Below are positions 15,701-31,300 of a stretch of 64,000 nucleotides of DNA, in pieces. The notes beneath the pieces were generated by a model that worked only from the letters and a program-made list of their open reading frames with translations, did not search any database and had not been told where the DNA came from. Location of the stretch: contig JALJEE010002757.1 of NCBI GenBank assembly GCA_023231475.1, positions 1-64,000 on the forward strand, written 5' to 3'. Origin of the DNA: Seison nebaliae. Its lineage: Eukaryota. The number at the start of each line of letters is the position of its first letter. Position 1 is the first letter of the stretch. The position numbers were made by a program, and so were the translations under genes.

Positions 15701-18194
15701 CAATTTTCTAATTATCAACAAATATTTAACAGTTTCCTGATTTCTCATTGAACAGAAGTTGTTTTCCCATTAATTACCGTGCTTCTAATCGAAAGTAACT
15801 CCAACAATCAATAACAACAACACAAAATCAATAGTGAGAATTTATATATTCTCAAATCACAATTTTCTCCTGAACATTTTCTCATTTTCTGATTGGCGTC
15901 AAAGCGTTTCGTTCGATTTAACGCACATTAGTTGAACGGATTCTCAATTGATTAACACGAATCGAAAGTTGATGAAATTTATCGGAAAAGAAATCATTCA
16001 ATTCATTTAATTTCAATCTCACCGAAACAATGCTTCGAATATCAACCGCATCAACTCCAAATCATATGACCAATAACTGATCATTTTATTCGAATTAATC
16101 ACTCGACACAATTCAAATTATTTTCAAACAATTTCAATTTCACTGGGATAAATATCATCTTTTTAATGAAAGAAATATTCGAATTCCATCAATCTTTTTC
16201 ATCGGCATATTTTCAAGGTTTGTTTTCACTTCTCTTCTTCTATCCAACACACGAAAATAGGAATTAGTAGAAAAATCGGAAGCATTTCCATGAAAAAATT
16301 CCATTTTATAATTTTTCTGAATTTCAGAATTTAAAATCATCAGTTAGTTCCATCATGAAATCACCGTTTCACAATCGAACAAATCCATTAGAGAGAGTGA
16401 ATTTAATGGACTTTAGATTCCACTTGGAAGGAACGTGAGTTTTATAGTTTGTAAATTTGAAGTTGAAGGAAAAATTTCATTGAAAAATTGGTTTTTTTTG
16501 GGACCAAACATTTTTTTTGAGTATTTCCATGAAAGTTGAGAATTATCGTCACAATAATTTGTCGACAGAAGAAGTGAGAGTTTTTTGGATTCTTTTGGAA
16601 GTCCAATCATCATTATTCAATCATCTTTCGACACAATTAAAATTGTTCACTAAATATTTTCATTCATTTATTCGTCATTCATGTACTACTTTTGTGACAG
16701 TGATGTCCATGTTATCTCATTCAATTCACTCGTTCAACACTTCCAGAATTTCGTGTGTAACTTCAAATTATCGTTGACTAAATAATTAACAATGGGAGAG
16801 TAAATATTTTTGGAAAAAATAAAGGAGTATTAAACAATTTGTACCGTTTCACAAAAAACTATCGACTAATTTTGCTGGAGACGGGAGTCGTGTTAAATGA
16901 CTTCCCGATTAGAATGTAGATAGTCTAAAATTTAAAGGTTGTGAAAAGACAACTTGTCTTGATACTATTACTGTGGAGACTGAAAGTAGAAGAAATGTAA
17001 AATAATAGTAATGTTTTTGGGCAATATCGATTTATGTGACGTCTATCAATTTACGGTTATAATATTTTTGGTGATGGTGACCGGATGAGAGGAGGGTGAA
17101 TGAAATTGAAGTCACATTGATGAGTGGATTTCAATCTAGTTTTATTGAAACAATCGAACTTAACAAGAATGAGAGATAGAGAAGAAAGATAGTTTTGGAT
17201 AACATTTTTTAAAATTTCTTTTGATTTGATGATACTCTCTTCAACGGCTGATTGACTTGTCAATTTAAATGGTAAATCAAACAATATATCATCGTCTAAC
17301 TTGATTGTTGTCTAATTCAAATTTAATAATTCTCTTATTAATTTGACGTATTTTGAATCATTCAACAATGAATGATGAATTTTAATTTTATTTTTTAAAT
17401 TAAATTAAATTAATTTGAAAATTTATTTAAAATTTCTTTTTGAAATTTTTCCATTATCAGGATTCTGAATTGTTAATCGTTTTGAAAGAAATTCTTTCAA
17501 AGAATCGATTATGAAGAGAACTCAGTGAATTTTTTCATGTAAATTGTCGTCATCGGAAACGGTTGTGTCGAAATTGAAGGAACGCCTCCTGTCCTTCTCG
17601 GTTGTAGATGGAAGAGTACGTATATGTTTGATTAAGACTTTCAACAAAACAAAATGATTCTATTGTAATTGTAAGGTTGAAATGAGTCGACGAGAGGAGG
17701 GAAATTAATTGGAAAATATGAGTATGAGTCAGATGGGACAGAGATCGGTGTCTGGAATATGTAATTTGTATGGAATTTATTCAACTATCATTTGCCGTGC
17801 AGAAAGATGAATGTTTGTTCAGGATGGGTCAACCAGTTTCCTGGAAATGTGAAACTTTCGTATTTTTCATTTTCCAATCAGGTTTAGTGAAATATTTGAT
17901 AAGAGTTAAAAGGAGAGATTGTGTGGGAAAGGAATGAGGCGAAACTGTTTATCAATTCAAATGGGTCACCCGCGATATGCCAGAATTGATTGATGAGGAA
18001 ATAACATCTAATAATTTTACCATTAGTAAGACTTATTGATCCTCTATAATTTCGGGAATATGTATTCGTTTTCGGAAGACACAACATAGAGAAATTCGTT
18101 ACATATGTTCTTATCTTCAACTACGCGATGGTAGTGGGTATCTTAATGTGTTCACAATAGGAAGTTCCTAGTCAGAGCATCTCCATTTTTCCCT

Positions 18195-18246
18195 GCACAC
18201 ACACACACACACACGCGCGCGCACACACATATACACACACACATAC
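18195..18246. repeat. Compound (CA)n(CG)n(CA)n alternating purine-pyrimidine microsatellite
   Basis: About 50 bp of GCACAC...ACGCGCGCGCACACACATATACACAC... Confidence 0.85.
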
Positions 18247-21233
18247 AGAGAATGACTCAGACAGATTGTGCAAATTACGCAAATCATTTTCGGCTGTTCA
18301 TTTAGATGGATATGTGGAGATCTGTAGACTCCTGCCCCATTACTATTCCTACAATTATGTTCTTTCATTTCACTCACTGAAGCTACCTAGGTTGCTGGGT
18401 AAGTGTTTATCTGTCTACTCCTCCTTCTTTTCCTTAACAACAATTCCAAGAAATTTTATGTGATAGATGTCGATAGACGTATCTGAAGTCCAAACCATTA
18501 TGTACATGTAAGAGTTATGTAACAATTCGTTTTCATGTAAGCTCTCCCATCTCCTCCTCCGGAGATATGCTAGACCATATGCGAACATACATACGTATCT
18601 AAATGCAATAATTATTCTTGATGATTGGCGAATGATTTTAGTTAGTTGAATTACTCATATTTTCCTTTATTTTATTCCATCTTTCTATATCCATTTCCTT
18701 TTCGTTTCCTTTCCGCTCCTCGTCTGTCTCCTTTCTCAGTTGTCATTCATATTCCCTCAATTTACATTAATGATAATAATGATATTATCTTTCACCATTT
18801 ACTTCATCAGTCGGATAGAATGGAATTAGCGCGGTTTGAATACCATCTAATTTATTCGAACCATCTTCTTCCTTGAGTTGTATGATCTTTATCGGTTGGT
18901 GACTAATTCCATCCACCCTTCCATCACACTGAACGATTATTGGAACCTTATTAGCTAGAAGTGTTTTCCTTCGTCAATTGCGTCGAACGGTCTCCAGTTT
19001 TCTGTCACGCTTCTTCCCACGACAGATATACGTCGTCAATGGCAACATTGTGCATTTTCCTTTTAGTTCCTCCTTTTTTCCTCTTCCATAATTTTTCTTT
19101 TCTTTCACCCATAACTAAAGGAAGAAAGGAAATGATGATATGTACTAATACATACCTTTCTTCCTCTCATATACGAACAAATCCTCCTCCTCCTTCTACT
19201 CTCTTACCATCGTTCCCTCCTCATCCGTTCTAGTTAAGCCACGCACAAACACCGGTTCTTTAAATGATATATGATGTCTCAAAACTTTCTGCGCGGAACT
19301 TCCTAACATTCATTATTCAACAAATGCACTTCCAACTAATTCACATATGTTAATATACTCCAAACAACTTATCATAAAATTTTCAAGTGCACCGGTTTAT
19401 GAATTATTTCCGAAAAATAATTTAAATCTCGAAATATTTTCAAATTTCTGATAGGTATAATTTAATTTAAATTATTAAAAATATTCAAATTTTAAAATTT
19501 TCATTTCCATATCTGTCATGATGAGTTCCATCGTTTTCCCGATATATCGATCGGATTGAGATACTTATGTCAATTGGATTCGATAGATTAATAATTGGTA
19601 ACAGTTGACTTCCGTCTCGTTCAGCAATCGGTTTCAAATGATTTCGTTTTTATATGTTTGTATCATAAAATCATTTAGAAAATTGTCGATGATACCAATT
19701 TTAACGAGAAGTATAAAGAATTATAATGAATGTTTTTTTTTCGATGAGTGTATGGGAGGGGAGGAGTCGTGGAAAAGGAGTATGATCGAAAGTAATTTCA
19801 TATCCCAACCATTCTCTATGAGAAATTATTTGTCTTACCGTCTATCGATTGAGCGATTGAAGTTTGTGTTGAATAATTTCTTTATTTCATTTTTCGCGTT
19901 CAAAAAGAAGAAAATTCATGAAAGAGAATGTTTGTTGATTAAAGAAAATTTTCAATAAATTTTTATTTATCACCAAAAATTAATTTTATTATAATGTTCA
20001 CCATCACCTTGTTCGTCATTTATAACAAGTGAAATCATGATGATGATGATAAGTAAGTAAGTAAGTTGCGCGTCGTCAGTGACGGTGTGGTCTCGGACAT
20101 ATCACCTCTACATAACACAATTATTCAATGTCCAGGTGGTGGTTCGGTTGAACGATTGAAATTAATTATAATATCATCTCTAATAAATTCTTTTGTTAAT
20201 TTTTTTTTTCTTTTTCTCGTCGTCGTTACCATCGAACAATCGACTGTTATCGCTCGACAATTTCCCATGAAAAAGAAAATTAGAAGCAATTATTTCAATG
20301 AAATTCTTAAACATTTCACTTAATGAAAATTTATTGAGAAATTCATTTTCTTTCACGTTAAAATTATCATCATTCGAAATTTTGAAACTTATTCGATTTC
20401 ATGAGAATCGAATGGAACTTTCTCGTCGATTTGATCTCGATTGGGGAGTTCGATTAAAGTACGTTGGAGAAGTCGATTGATGGTGGGGACAGGTAGATGG
20501 TCATGAAAGCCATTAACTACATTCGTCCGTCACGTTTGGGAGATATTAAGGGAGAAGAGGAATTAAATTTTAATGTGAATTAATCGGAAATCGCGTTTGT
20601 TCTGTCGAACTTTCATTTTTGTTTGATGTACATATTATAGAACGATTGAGGATGGACGGCCATTTCAGGAAGGGGGAAATGAACAGTCTCTCAATGTATT
20701 TCATCGACATTGGATGTTTATTGTTTTTCTATGAAAATAATTAATGTAAAGTGGAATAATTAGCAGAAATGATGATGATTTGTGAAGATGGATTGATGAT
20801 AAGAGTATGATTTAAATAGGAGAGGAGTATTGATAGGATGAACTTTCGTATTCATTTTACTCCACCACATTTCCCACGAACGACTAGTGCTGAAATGAAC
20901 AACATATTATTCTGGTATAATTTCATGTCGAATTCGACCTATTTAGACGTATGAGAAGTGATTCAAAATGTCAGGGACACCGTCAACTTCACCAAGTTGC
21001 CTTTCCTCGTTCGGCGAAGTGAACGAGTGTGCGAAAAGGCAATGCCACCAACTTTCAACAACGTTTCTGTTTATTATGAGTTGAAGCATGAAAGAAGTCT
21101 TTTGAATCAAAATAAGATTTTTTCTTCTTTCGATACTACACGTTCCATCGACACGTCTTATCGAATATATGTTCTCTTACGACGAGCGTCTTACACCGGA
21201 GGAAGATGTGATTAATCGTTGGGAGTTAAGTGG

Positions 21234-21270
21234 ATGATGATGATGATGATGATGATAATGATGATGATGA
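21234..21270. repeat. (GAT)n microsatellite, one of many (CAT/ATG)n, (CA/TG)n, (CT)n, (CAA)n and (TAR)n tracts in the desert
   Basis: Direct reading. Other tracts lie at about 22440-22470, 25015-25034, 29338-29362, 33946-34010, 37250-37290, 39030-39054, 43266-43306 and 55322-55355. Confidence 0.85.
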
Positions 21271-24200
21271 ATTGATATGAATGATAAAGTGAAATAAATT
21301 AAAAATTGAATTTGTAATACAATCGATTCATATGTACGTCATGTTTTATGATAATGAATATGAACGAGAAATGATGAAAGAAGGAATGAAGGCGAAGTTG
21401 AACAGAAGTAATTTATTCGCCTATTCACTCTGTTTATGTTTCATATGGCGAATGGGTTGCTGTTGTTCTTGTTGCTGGGCCGAGTGGAACACACTTGAAG
21501 GAATTAGACGTTTTCCTTTTTTCCTTCTCTCATTGTCGTAATTGTGATTGGAAGTCATTGTTCGGACGACAAAGGTCATCCCACTTATGTAGTAGTAATA
21601 GTAGTAGTTGGTGGGGGGGTTACGTTTAGGTGTTGTTGTTGGAGAAGTGATTTGTGTCGATGAAATAAATAAGGAGAGTAAATAAAGTGTCGGGGTGGGG
21701 GGCATTGTGTGAAGTGAGAGGAATGGAAGTGTTCGTGAAACACCGGAGAGTAATGAAGATGCCTGAAGAATGAAGGAGCAGCAGCAAAAGCAACCATGGA
21801 ACGGAGACGTATTAACAAATTAATAGGAAACATATTTTCTTATTGAATTTCATTCAATTTTATAGTTTATGAATGATGTAATAGTATTTCGTTGATGTGT
21901 GGATAATGATGGATCGACGGACGAATGGTTACACTTTATCGTACAGTTGGTTCAACTGATATATTAGTAATAACATCTCCAATCATCAATATGTTAATAA
22001 TGAAAATAGTTTTCCTGTTCATAAATAGGAAGAATTATCGTCGGAACTTTTGTGTCATAATATTTCTTGTACGCTTCACGTCACTGCCATCATTCATTCC
22101 GTTCACTAATAGTGCGTATGTGGGATGAGATTGTGTAAGAATTGTTGTCTATATTAGTGTATTGAATGCATATTTATATTTACTTCCGCTACCTAATTAT
22201 ATTCGATGCCAAAATACTTTTCTTCGACTTCTTCAATCAATTGTTGAAGGTCGCAACTTTCCATCCAGCATTCATTCTCTCCTTTCACTTATTTATTTAC
22301 GTATTCTCTCCTTTCCTACTGGGCAAGCGACGTAAAATTCTGGGCCTTTCTTCCTTCCTCTAGCACGACTTGAGCAATACGACCAATAACTTCCTCTCAT
22401 TCTACCTATCTAACCTCTCTCTCATTGACTGTATATTTATGTGTGTGTGTGTGTGTGTATGTGTGTGTGTTGGAAACAAATGTCTTCATTCTCCACAATA
22501 TTAATAATAGGAGACTAACTGTTGAACTAAACACCAGTTAGCGCAAAAACTAATGAAGCAATATGGGGAAGAGTAATGAATTCTGGTGAAGGCTTTTGCT
22601 GCGCACTTTTCTTTTAAACACATCTCCTCAGAATTTCATTTAAATTCTAATAAGTTTTCGAGAAGACGTACCACCATCAAAACGAGAGGAAAGGAAGAAG
22701 CAAATCCGATCAGCACTCGATCAGAAGAAGGAAACGGTTTGAAGGATAAAATTATGAAAATTAGTTGATAAAGTTTTAAAGTTGAATGAAGCGAATGGTC
22801 GAACATCTTGTTCAAATGTCCAGACCCCCATCCTCCCCATCAAATACTTTCTCTACAACACAAGATTTGGTTGATGGAGGAGAAGGTTCATCTATTACGT
22901 ATTAACCATCGATTGTTCATGTACACTCACACTGCATCGTCTTCAGAACGAGACCAAGCACATTAGTAGACAAATAATATGATATGTCGCTACTTCACAT
23001 GAAATTTCAATTATTTCTAATGTAAAAACGAACTTCCTGTTCATGTTAAAGAAAGCAGTCTGGAGTTGTAATGTTATATAATTATCCATCAGATACTATG
23101 GAACATTACTTCTTCCAATACACCATATATTCTCCTCATGTACATCCTATTTACGTGTACTTTATTTTATGTTGTTGTTGATGTCGTTGTTGAGGACGAT
23201 GATGTCGAGTGACCTACACAAATTAATTGGGAAACGAATCAAATTCAATTTATTCTTTCTTTCGAATTAGTTGGTTTTTCTTAAATTACTCCTCTATGGG
23301 GTTAAACCGCGCGCTTTAATATTATTATGTAATTCTCATTAAGTCGAACGTTTCGACCACTTGACTACGGAAATTAATCATAATCGAATTAGTCGATGAT
23401 TAATTAAAGGAAATCAGGAAATAATTTCACGAGAATCATTTAAAAATTAAAAGAAGAATTTATTCGAATAATTCTTCTTATTGTTCTTCTTCTTGTCGTT
23501 GTTGTTATTATTACTTTTCTGTTAACATTAATAATTACAGTTAACAATACGCAATTTCTTCTTATTTTTTCATCATTAATTCTATCAATTCAAATGAATA
23601 AAATGGTTTGTAAAGAACGATTGAAATGATGTCGATTTCCTAAGTCGGAGTGAAGCAATTGAAGAAATGAATTTCTCAAATTGTTTTTCGACCGACGAAA
23701 TTCTTTAATCAATCGACGACTTCATAGAGGAGAAACGATTTATTTTCTAATCGATCCCTATAAGGAAGTGGGGAAAACGATCGCTATCACTTTCTAATGG
23801 AACTGATCGTTGACAGTGTATTGAATTGGAATGGTAAATATTTCCATAAGAGAATGTTATTGAAGATCGATATCTCCAGATGATTCTCTTTCATTTTTTT
23901 TCTTTGTTCAAATATTTTGAATTCAATAAATTTTTCAGACCATTTCCTCAGTATTATTTTGTGAAGAAATTACGTAATTTCTTTCCGATTAAAGAATGGT
24001 ATTGTTTTAGGGAGAATTTTTTTCCTCTTTTATGTATTTCGCCTTCGTCCAATAATCACCATCATCATCACCGTCGCCGTAGCATTTAATGGAGGAAAGA
24101 TATATCCATCACGTTGATGAGTGATATGATGAATAAGAGTTTGTAGTTTGTGGGGAAGAATAATAAATTAATCGTGATTAATATAATTATTATCATTCAT

Positions 24201-25273
24201 GTTGTTGTTGTTGTTGTTGACGGGAACGGTGAAAGAGATGTTGGACAATTCCTACATAAATTGCTCTGTCGCACGAATGAATTGTAAAGTTCGTTTCTTT
24301 TGGGCGAGTGGTGGAAGGGAAGAGATTCGTCCAAACGTCACAGTAGTCGATAGTAGTAGTAGTAGTAGAAGGAAGAATTGTCTATTTTCTAATGTAACTT
24401 CTTTTCTCTGAAGTGGTGCACACAAAATCAGGTTTGATGTAACTTCATCATATATACGATGAGAGGAGGAGAGACATTGTATATATTCGTAATGGAACAT
24501 AAAGTTGTAGAGCGAAATTATCTGATGGCATTTTATGCAAATCGAACATTCCGTTATTGTCTTTCTGTTTGTTCTATTGAAGGATGTAAGTATATTTATA
24601 TATAAATCCGTCGACATTCGTCAACATTCGTCGAGAGATAAAATCGATATTCAACATCAATTGGAGAAGTAGATCGATATTATTTCATTCCACTAATTTC
24701 TCGATTGATGCCTTTTTATTTATCTCTCTCAATATGATGATCCCATTCATCATATCTCTCATTGTTATGGATATTATTCATCTGATTATCATGTTGAGAA
24801 ATATTACTTTTCTTCACCTCCCTCCACACACACACAACATCCAAACCAGAAGAATAAGACAAATCTAATTCAAGTGCTAATCATATGCACCGAAATGCCT
24901 TCTAATGAGAATCATCAAAAATTATAATAATCTTAATTTAATAACATTAAACGGACAAAATATCTCTCGTTTGTCTGTCCCCCCAAAAACCAAGTCGAAC
25001 TAACATCATCATCAACAACAACAACAACAACAACAGTAATAAGTATTCCTTCCCAGAGGGAATACCGCACAATTCCTCATTTCATCCAAAATTCCATTAA
25101 GTCACTTATTTTTATTGCGTCGTCTTATCTAATCGATATTCCATCTCATCCGCGTGAAAGAAGAGAATGTAATTAATCCGATTCTAATTAAAATTCCTAT
25201 TTCGTCATTCATTTAACCATTAATGGTGTTGGACGGTGGAAAAATTTAATTTAAATTTTTATTGAGATTTTCA

Positions 25274-25323
25274 TTGAGATGTTCATTCCACCCAACGACG
25301 ATGGTGGAATGAAGCATTTTTAA
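25274..25323. other. Stem-loop with an 11-bp perfect core, extendable to about 19 bp
   Basis: TTCATTCCACC (25282-25292) / GGTGGAATGAA (25303-25313) with a 10-nt loop. Flanks TTGAGATG and CATTTTTAA pair through G-U pairs and bulges. Confidence 0.4.
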
Positions 25324-28300
25324 CGTATCTCTTCCTCCATCATCACTTTTATCATCATACGTATTAATTACATCATTCGTTTTTTTATCATCGACATCAT
25401 CATCACCATCATCACCATCATCATGATTTCATCCGTCCCCCTCCGATCCACACGTCCACACATATACATCAATTAAAACTGATGATCATGAGGAATCGAA
25501 TTCTTTAAATGACATATGAAGTTACATCTTCCACACATTCATTCGGGACCATTGTCAGTTTTCATTCTTTTTTCAAATAACAACTTCAATTCCTTCAAAT
25601 TCCTCTTCAATGGTGAACTTACGAACTCGTACGACTTTCCGAATGTCTAAGCATAAACATCATTCAAACCATCCAAGAAAGATGGGAACCAGTGAGACTC
25701 GATCTCTCACAATACTTCCTACTTTCGCTGCAACTTGGTCATATTCCGTCGATGGTACGACAAATCCCGTCAAACCATCAAATTTCCATTTGTTTTCCAT
25801 TCAATTTTCCTTTATCGTCTCAATTGCTCAATCCGATGAAATCTTTTACTTTCCTTCATCCAAATGAACTTCTCACACATTCTCAAAAGGTACTTTTTAT
25901 GCTTTCTCATTTCCTCACTTTATTTTCGTCTTCTCCTTTTTAAGACAGACTAATCAATTTAATAGATGGACAACTTCGTTTTCACTGAACTTGTGTGAAC
26001 ATGAAGTCTTTCAACACCTCCACAGGAACTTCTCATAAAATTTCTCTATTTATAAATTTTATGCTCATCCATTTCCATCAGAATGAATTCGACGGAAATT
26101 TTCAACTCTTTTTTTCCAAAAGAAAATTATTCTCTTCCAAATATCACTAATTGAAGTAAGTAATTAAATAAATATAAATTTAATGTGAGACATTTAAAGT
26201 TTTTACAAATTTTATATTTCCAATCAGATTTTCACTTTTATCGTGTTTGGTGGAAAAACATTGTGATGAATTTATGAGAATTCTTCTTCATTTTCCACAT
26301 TCGATAGAATAAAGAAAAATTACGATTAATTCGTTAGGCAATCTGAAGGACGGCGTATTGGATAGCTGATCGTTTCTTTTCGGATTCTATCGATAAATTA
26401 GAAGTAACATAAACGACTTATTATCAATGACCATTCCATCATTCGTTATTTCACAACAATGACTATTAGGAAATGATAATTTCTCACATACTATCGTTCA
26501 ATTTTTTATAAGCACCATCATCATCGTCATCACCATTATCGAAGTTTACTCCGACGAAATATTCTTCAAAATTCTCCATTCCACTATTTACGTCAATTTT
26601 TAATATTAAACTAATTAAATGATAATGATGATGATGATACGAAGGAAAACGATTAGGATTTCCATTTTCTATTCTATCCCCAATTCCATCTATGAAATGT
26701 TCGGGGAGAAAAGGATTCATTGATTGAATGTGCACAGATTCCTCTTCGTTCACATTCCTATGACTTACGTCATTAACTGCGTTTGACTATGATAAATAAA
26801 TAGAATGTTTCCACATATGTTCCATTTCCTTCCAATTTAACCTCTTTATCGTATCGTCGACAAGCCGACGAGTTTCTTCATTCGTTTATCTGGCAACTAC
26901 TATGAGTCATCATCATCATCATCATCATTACTAATTAATCATCATCGTTCTTCTTCCATTTCCGGACCATTGCTACTCAAATATAAATCATCTTTTTCAT
27001 GAATTTTTTCATGTTTAATTTCCTAATTGTTTCTCTCTTCTTCTTCTCTCTGGCAGTTTTATTTCTTTTTCTATCTTCATTTCTCAACATTTTTAAAATC
27101 ATCTTCAAAACCACGAAAATTGTAAACAAACATTTAAGTTTATCGCAACAATCAATCCATTGTCAATTATTCAATTTCGTCGTTAACCAACTGCACGTTA
27201 AACAATTGACGGACGAGAAATAATAAAATAAACTGGTGGAAAATTGAAGATAGAAAACTTTTTAGTCATTTAAGTTTATCTCACAATCGTGTTGGAATAC
27301 TCTTTTTCCGAACAGACTTATACCAATTTAACAACTTCTATTCAGTTTCAATTTTCTTTCTTCAATTCCAATTCTTCACTTCTTTCTCTTCTCTCTCTCT
27401 CTCTCTCTCTAAACATTTCTACAACAATTTCAAAAAAATATTGTCATTTGTTCGAGCAGAATCGAAAACATTTATTTTAATTTTAACACCTTTCTTAACA
27501 TAATACGATTAAGAAGATCAAAGAACAAAAAGTAGAAGAACTTCTAAATTATCATTTGTTCTTTGCATTCGTATTATTCGATTCTTATACATTTTTAAGT
27601 TAACGAAACCGAAACATTCTAATCCTTTAGTTGCTACTCGCTCTCTGTTCTTCTTTATTGGAATTTGAAGAAAAAAGAAAGTTAGTCACTCTCAACATTC
27701 TTACCACATTCATTTCTTTCCTTCATATCTACATGTCAAGTTCAATTGGTCAACGTCTCGTCAGAAACGCTTTCCTCTCATTCATTTTTCTACGTAATTC
27801 TCTTATCAGTTCAATTCTTGTGAGTCAGACCAAGTGGTTAGGCGATGAGGAGGAAATTCTCCTGGAAAATTTAGTGTGAGGAGAAAGTTGTGCTAAAGAA
27901 TTTAATGTGAAAGAAATTTGAATTTTCACATTTCATCATTTCAATTCACTAACCGTTTTTCATGGAACATGTAAGAGTTGTTAATGGAATGATTTTCCTC
28001 CATGATTTATGGAAATTCTTTCATAGAATGACAGATAGAAAATGTTGATGTAATAGTTGAGGGGAAATGTAACGTAAGCAATTATCACCAAAACACAATA
28101 ACATTATCATTAAGGGGAGACTCGTTTTAAATGGTGTGGGCATGAGATGGGGAGAGAGGATGTTGTGAATAATCATCGTTTAAAAGGAAAATGTCCATTT
28201 ACTTCAATCGAAGTGCCATTCGATGTCCAAAACGGTTTCTTATTAGAAATTATAAAAATTTCTGATTAAAATTCTTAAGGTAAAAAAAGTTCGTCCGGTT

Positions 28301-31300
28301 GGACCCACAAACACACACACATACACACAAAAAAGACACAAAAAAATCACATTCTTTGAAGTTTGAAAAAAAGTTTAAGTTCGTCTTCTGATTTTTAGAT
28401 GATAAGATTACTTGAAGTTTGAGAGTTCTTCCATAATTTCACAGGAATTGTTTCCTGATAATTTTAATGATATGATCAGTATCATATTTTGTAGTTTGAA
28501 AAAGAAGGAATTGAGTAATTAAAAAAGGATTGATGAAGGACATGATGGGGAATTGAGAAAGAAATTTGTTGGTTGCCTGAAATGGGAGGCAAGTGGAAGA
28601 GAAGAAAAGAAGTTTGCTTCCTAAAATCAGGAATGATAATTAGTGAAATTGATAATGAAAAAAAATGATGAAATTAGTTGTTTTATTCGCAGTGGAGGAG
28701 AATTGGCATTCCTGATGGAATTGTTCCAAATCAATCCTGACAGCGATGGAGAGAGTATTATGTATCGAATAAAATAATTGAAATGAATTCGGGGTCGTTT
28801 CATGTATGGGGGAACGAGCTGCTAGTGTAATGGGACGAGGAGGGGGCAAGAGAGACGGAAGAACTTGAGAACATTATACAATAAACGAATGAAACGAGGT
28901 CATCGATGAGGTGCGAAGGCAACATGATGTTAAAAGAAGAGAATCTGATGTTAAATATTATTAGATAATTTTTGTTATTTCCATTCGCTCTCTCTCTCTC
29001 TCCCTTTCCATCTACTTCGTTTGCAATTGCAGTCTTCTTTCTTTCCTTCACTTCTTCACCATATTCGACGATGAGAATACAAAACATGGAATGGGCAAAT
29101 TAATATTCCTATCTCATAGGTTACGACATTTGATTATTGCCATGAATGTAAGTCCAGCGCTAAAGGAGTGAGATGTGTAAGCAGTCTGCCCTCTCACTTG
29201 CATGCGAACATAAAGAAATACAAGTAATAGATGATGCGCTTACTGTCATTTGGAGTGATAGATCAAATTGATGGTTGTATATTCATCAATTGGAATCAAC
29301 TTCTCTACACACAACCGCCACTATGTGCACAAATAAAGTGTGTGTGTGTGTGTATGTGTGTGTAAGAAAAACTACTTTAACTTTAGTATTTCCAACCCAA
29401 CTATCATATTGCAATTAATTCTGATATTGCTCCTCCTCCTCCTCCTCTTCCATCGGTTCCTCATTCCAGCCAATTCCTTTTTCTCCATGATGAGTTCCAT
29501 ACCAAACACCGAATACACTTACCATCAATTGTTACGGTGCTCCTTCTCGATCTTGCCCATATGTAAGTTCGGTTTGTTATGTAGTCGTAGCTAGTAGTCA
29601 TAACTAACATTAAGCATCGAGATGGCATGTTTCGAGAGAGGAAGATATTAGACATATTAGACAATTGGTTGTAAGAGAACTGGGTAGGAGAAGGAAAGAA
29701 ACTTTAAAAAGAAAAATTTAAGTGAATAGCAACTGATATAAAATAATTTATTATCTCATTCATTATTGTTCAATGACTCCCAATGATTTGGAGAGATTCG
29801 TTAAACAATTTTCTTCATTTTATCCAATTCCGTCTCATCTAATTCTACTTTCATTTTTCCATTCGAACAGGAGTCATTCTTACTAATTCTTACGTATCAT
29901 ATTAATTAATAACACCAATCTTCTCAACAACAACAACAACACCAAGAACATATTTGTAATTTACATTTGAACATATCAAACAAATATTATCATCATCATC
30001 ATCATCATCAATTGCCAACAGCATCTGCACATAAATTAATTAATAGAAATAATAAAAAAAGAAACCATTTCCAAGAATACTCTTACTGCAAATTCAACAA
30101 ATTTTAATTCAAACCAGCTAACTCGATTGTTGATTGGTATATCGAACGAGAGAGACAAACAACTTCTTCGTCGACATAACAAGAAACTTTCAACATTTTT
30201 GCAACTAATTTTGACATTTCATCCCCCCATTATCTTTGCCTTGCTAACTCCCGAATACATATATTAGCTGGAGAGGAAATCCGTGCAATTTATTACCGCC
30301 AACTACTTTTCCTCCATTGTAAGCTTGCTTCAAAACAAAAAATTAATTAAACGAACATCTTTCCTGCCAATCTCACTTTACAATCCACTTCACACTATTT
30401 CAGTAACAACAGATAACGTAACAAAAAATATTTCATTTCATCCAATACACAATTTTCATTTTCGCTCCAAACAACAAGCAAAAAACGAACGGTCGTTAGA
30501 TTATTGCTATAAGTCGTCACATTATTGAATCATAATTTTTTCGACAACAGAAACAATTGACAAACATACAGCTCAATTGTACGACAATATTTTCAACATA
30601 TCAAAGATACTTATCTCGTGAAAGACAGTTCCCCAAACTCTTAAGCGAGACCACGAAACTTTCATAATCCATCAATCATATTACAATCACTTATATCCCA
30701 TTCAAAAGACAAACAGTTAGAATTCGATTTATTGTTCATAATTCTCTTTCTCAATTTATCACCATTTACTATCATTCGCTTATTGCCTTTCTTCATTATT
30801 GTCATCTGTTCAAAAGAAGAATTATTCATCTCAATTCGAATAATTGCTCTATACGTCGTGATTCATCTTCTAGCCCCCTCCCTCCCTAATACGTAATCAT
30901 TTATACGACATCATCATTTCTCGCCCATTTACTCATCCGCCCAATAGTTTCTTCCCGTTCGACACTATCCTCTGATCGAATTATCATTCAATTAATCCAA
31001 TTCATTCCATATGTAATTCATACGAGAACGACCAGAAACTGGCTCTTTATTCCACTCTCCTTTCACTCAATTTCGAGTTGTCAATTCGAAATTGAAGAAA
31101 TTTTAGTTGAAGTCGTTTCTTCCAAATCTATTTCCATCCATTCCTGCCCACTATTCTCTTATATGTTGGCCATTGATTCGATCGATGTTTCGCTCGTCCA
31201 CCAACAACTATTGATTATCCATAAGAGGAACATGATATGATGTTTGAAGGGAGCAATTTATACGTCAAATGACAGGGAGCATATTTTCTTTTTCTTTTGC

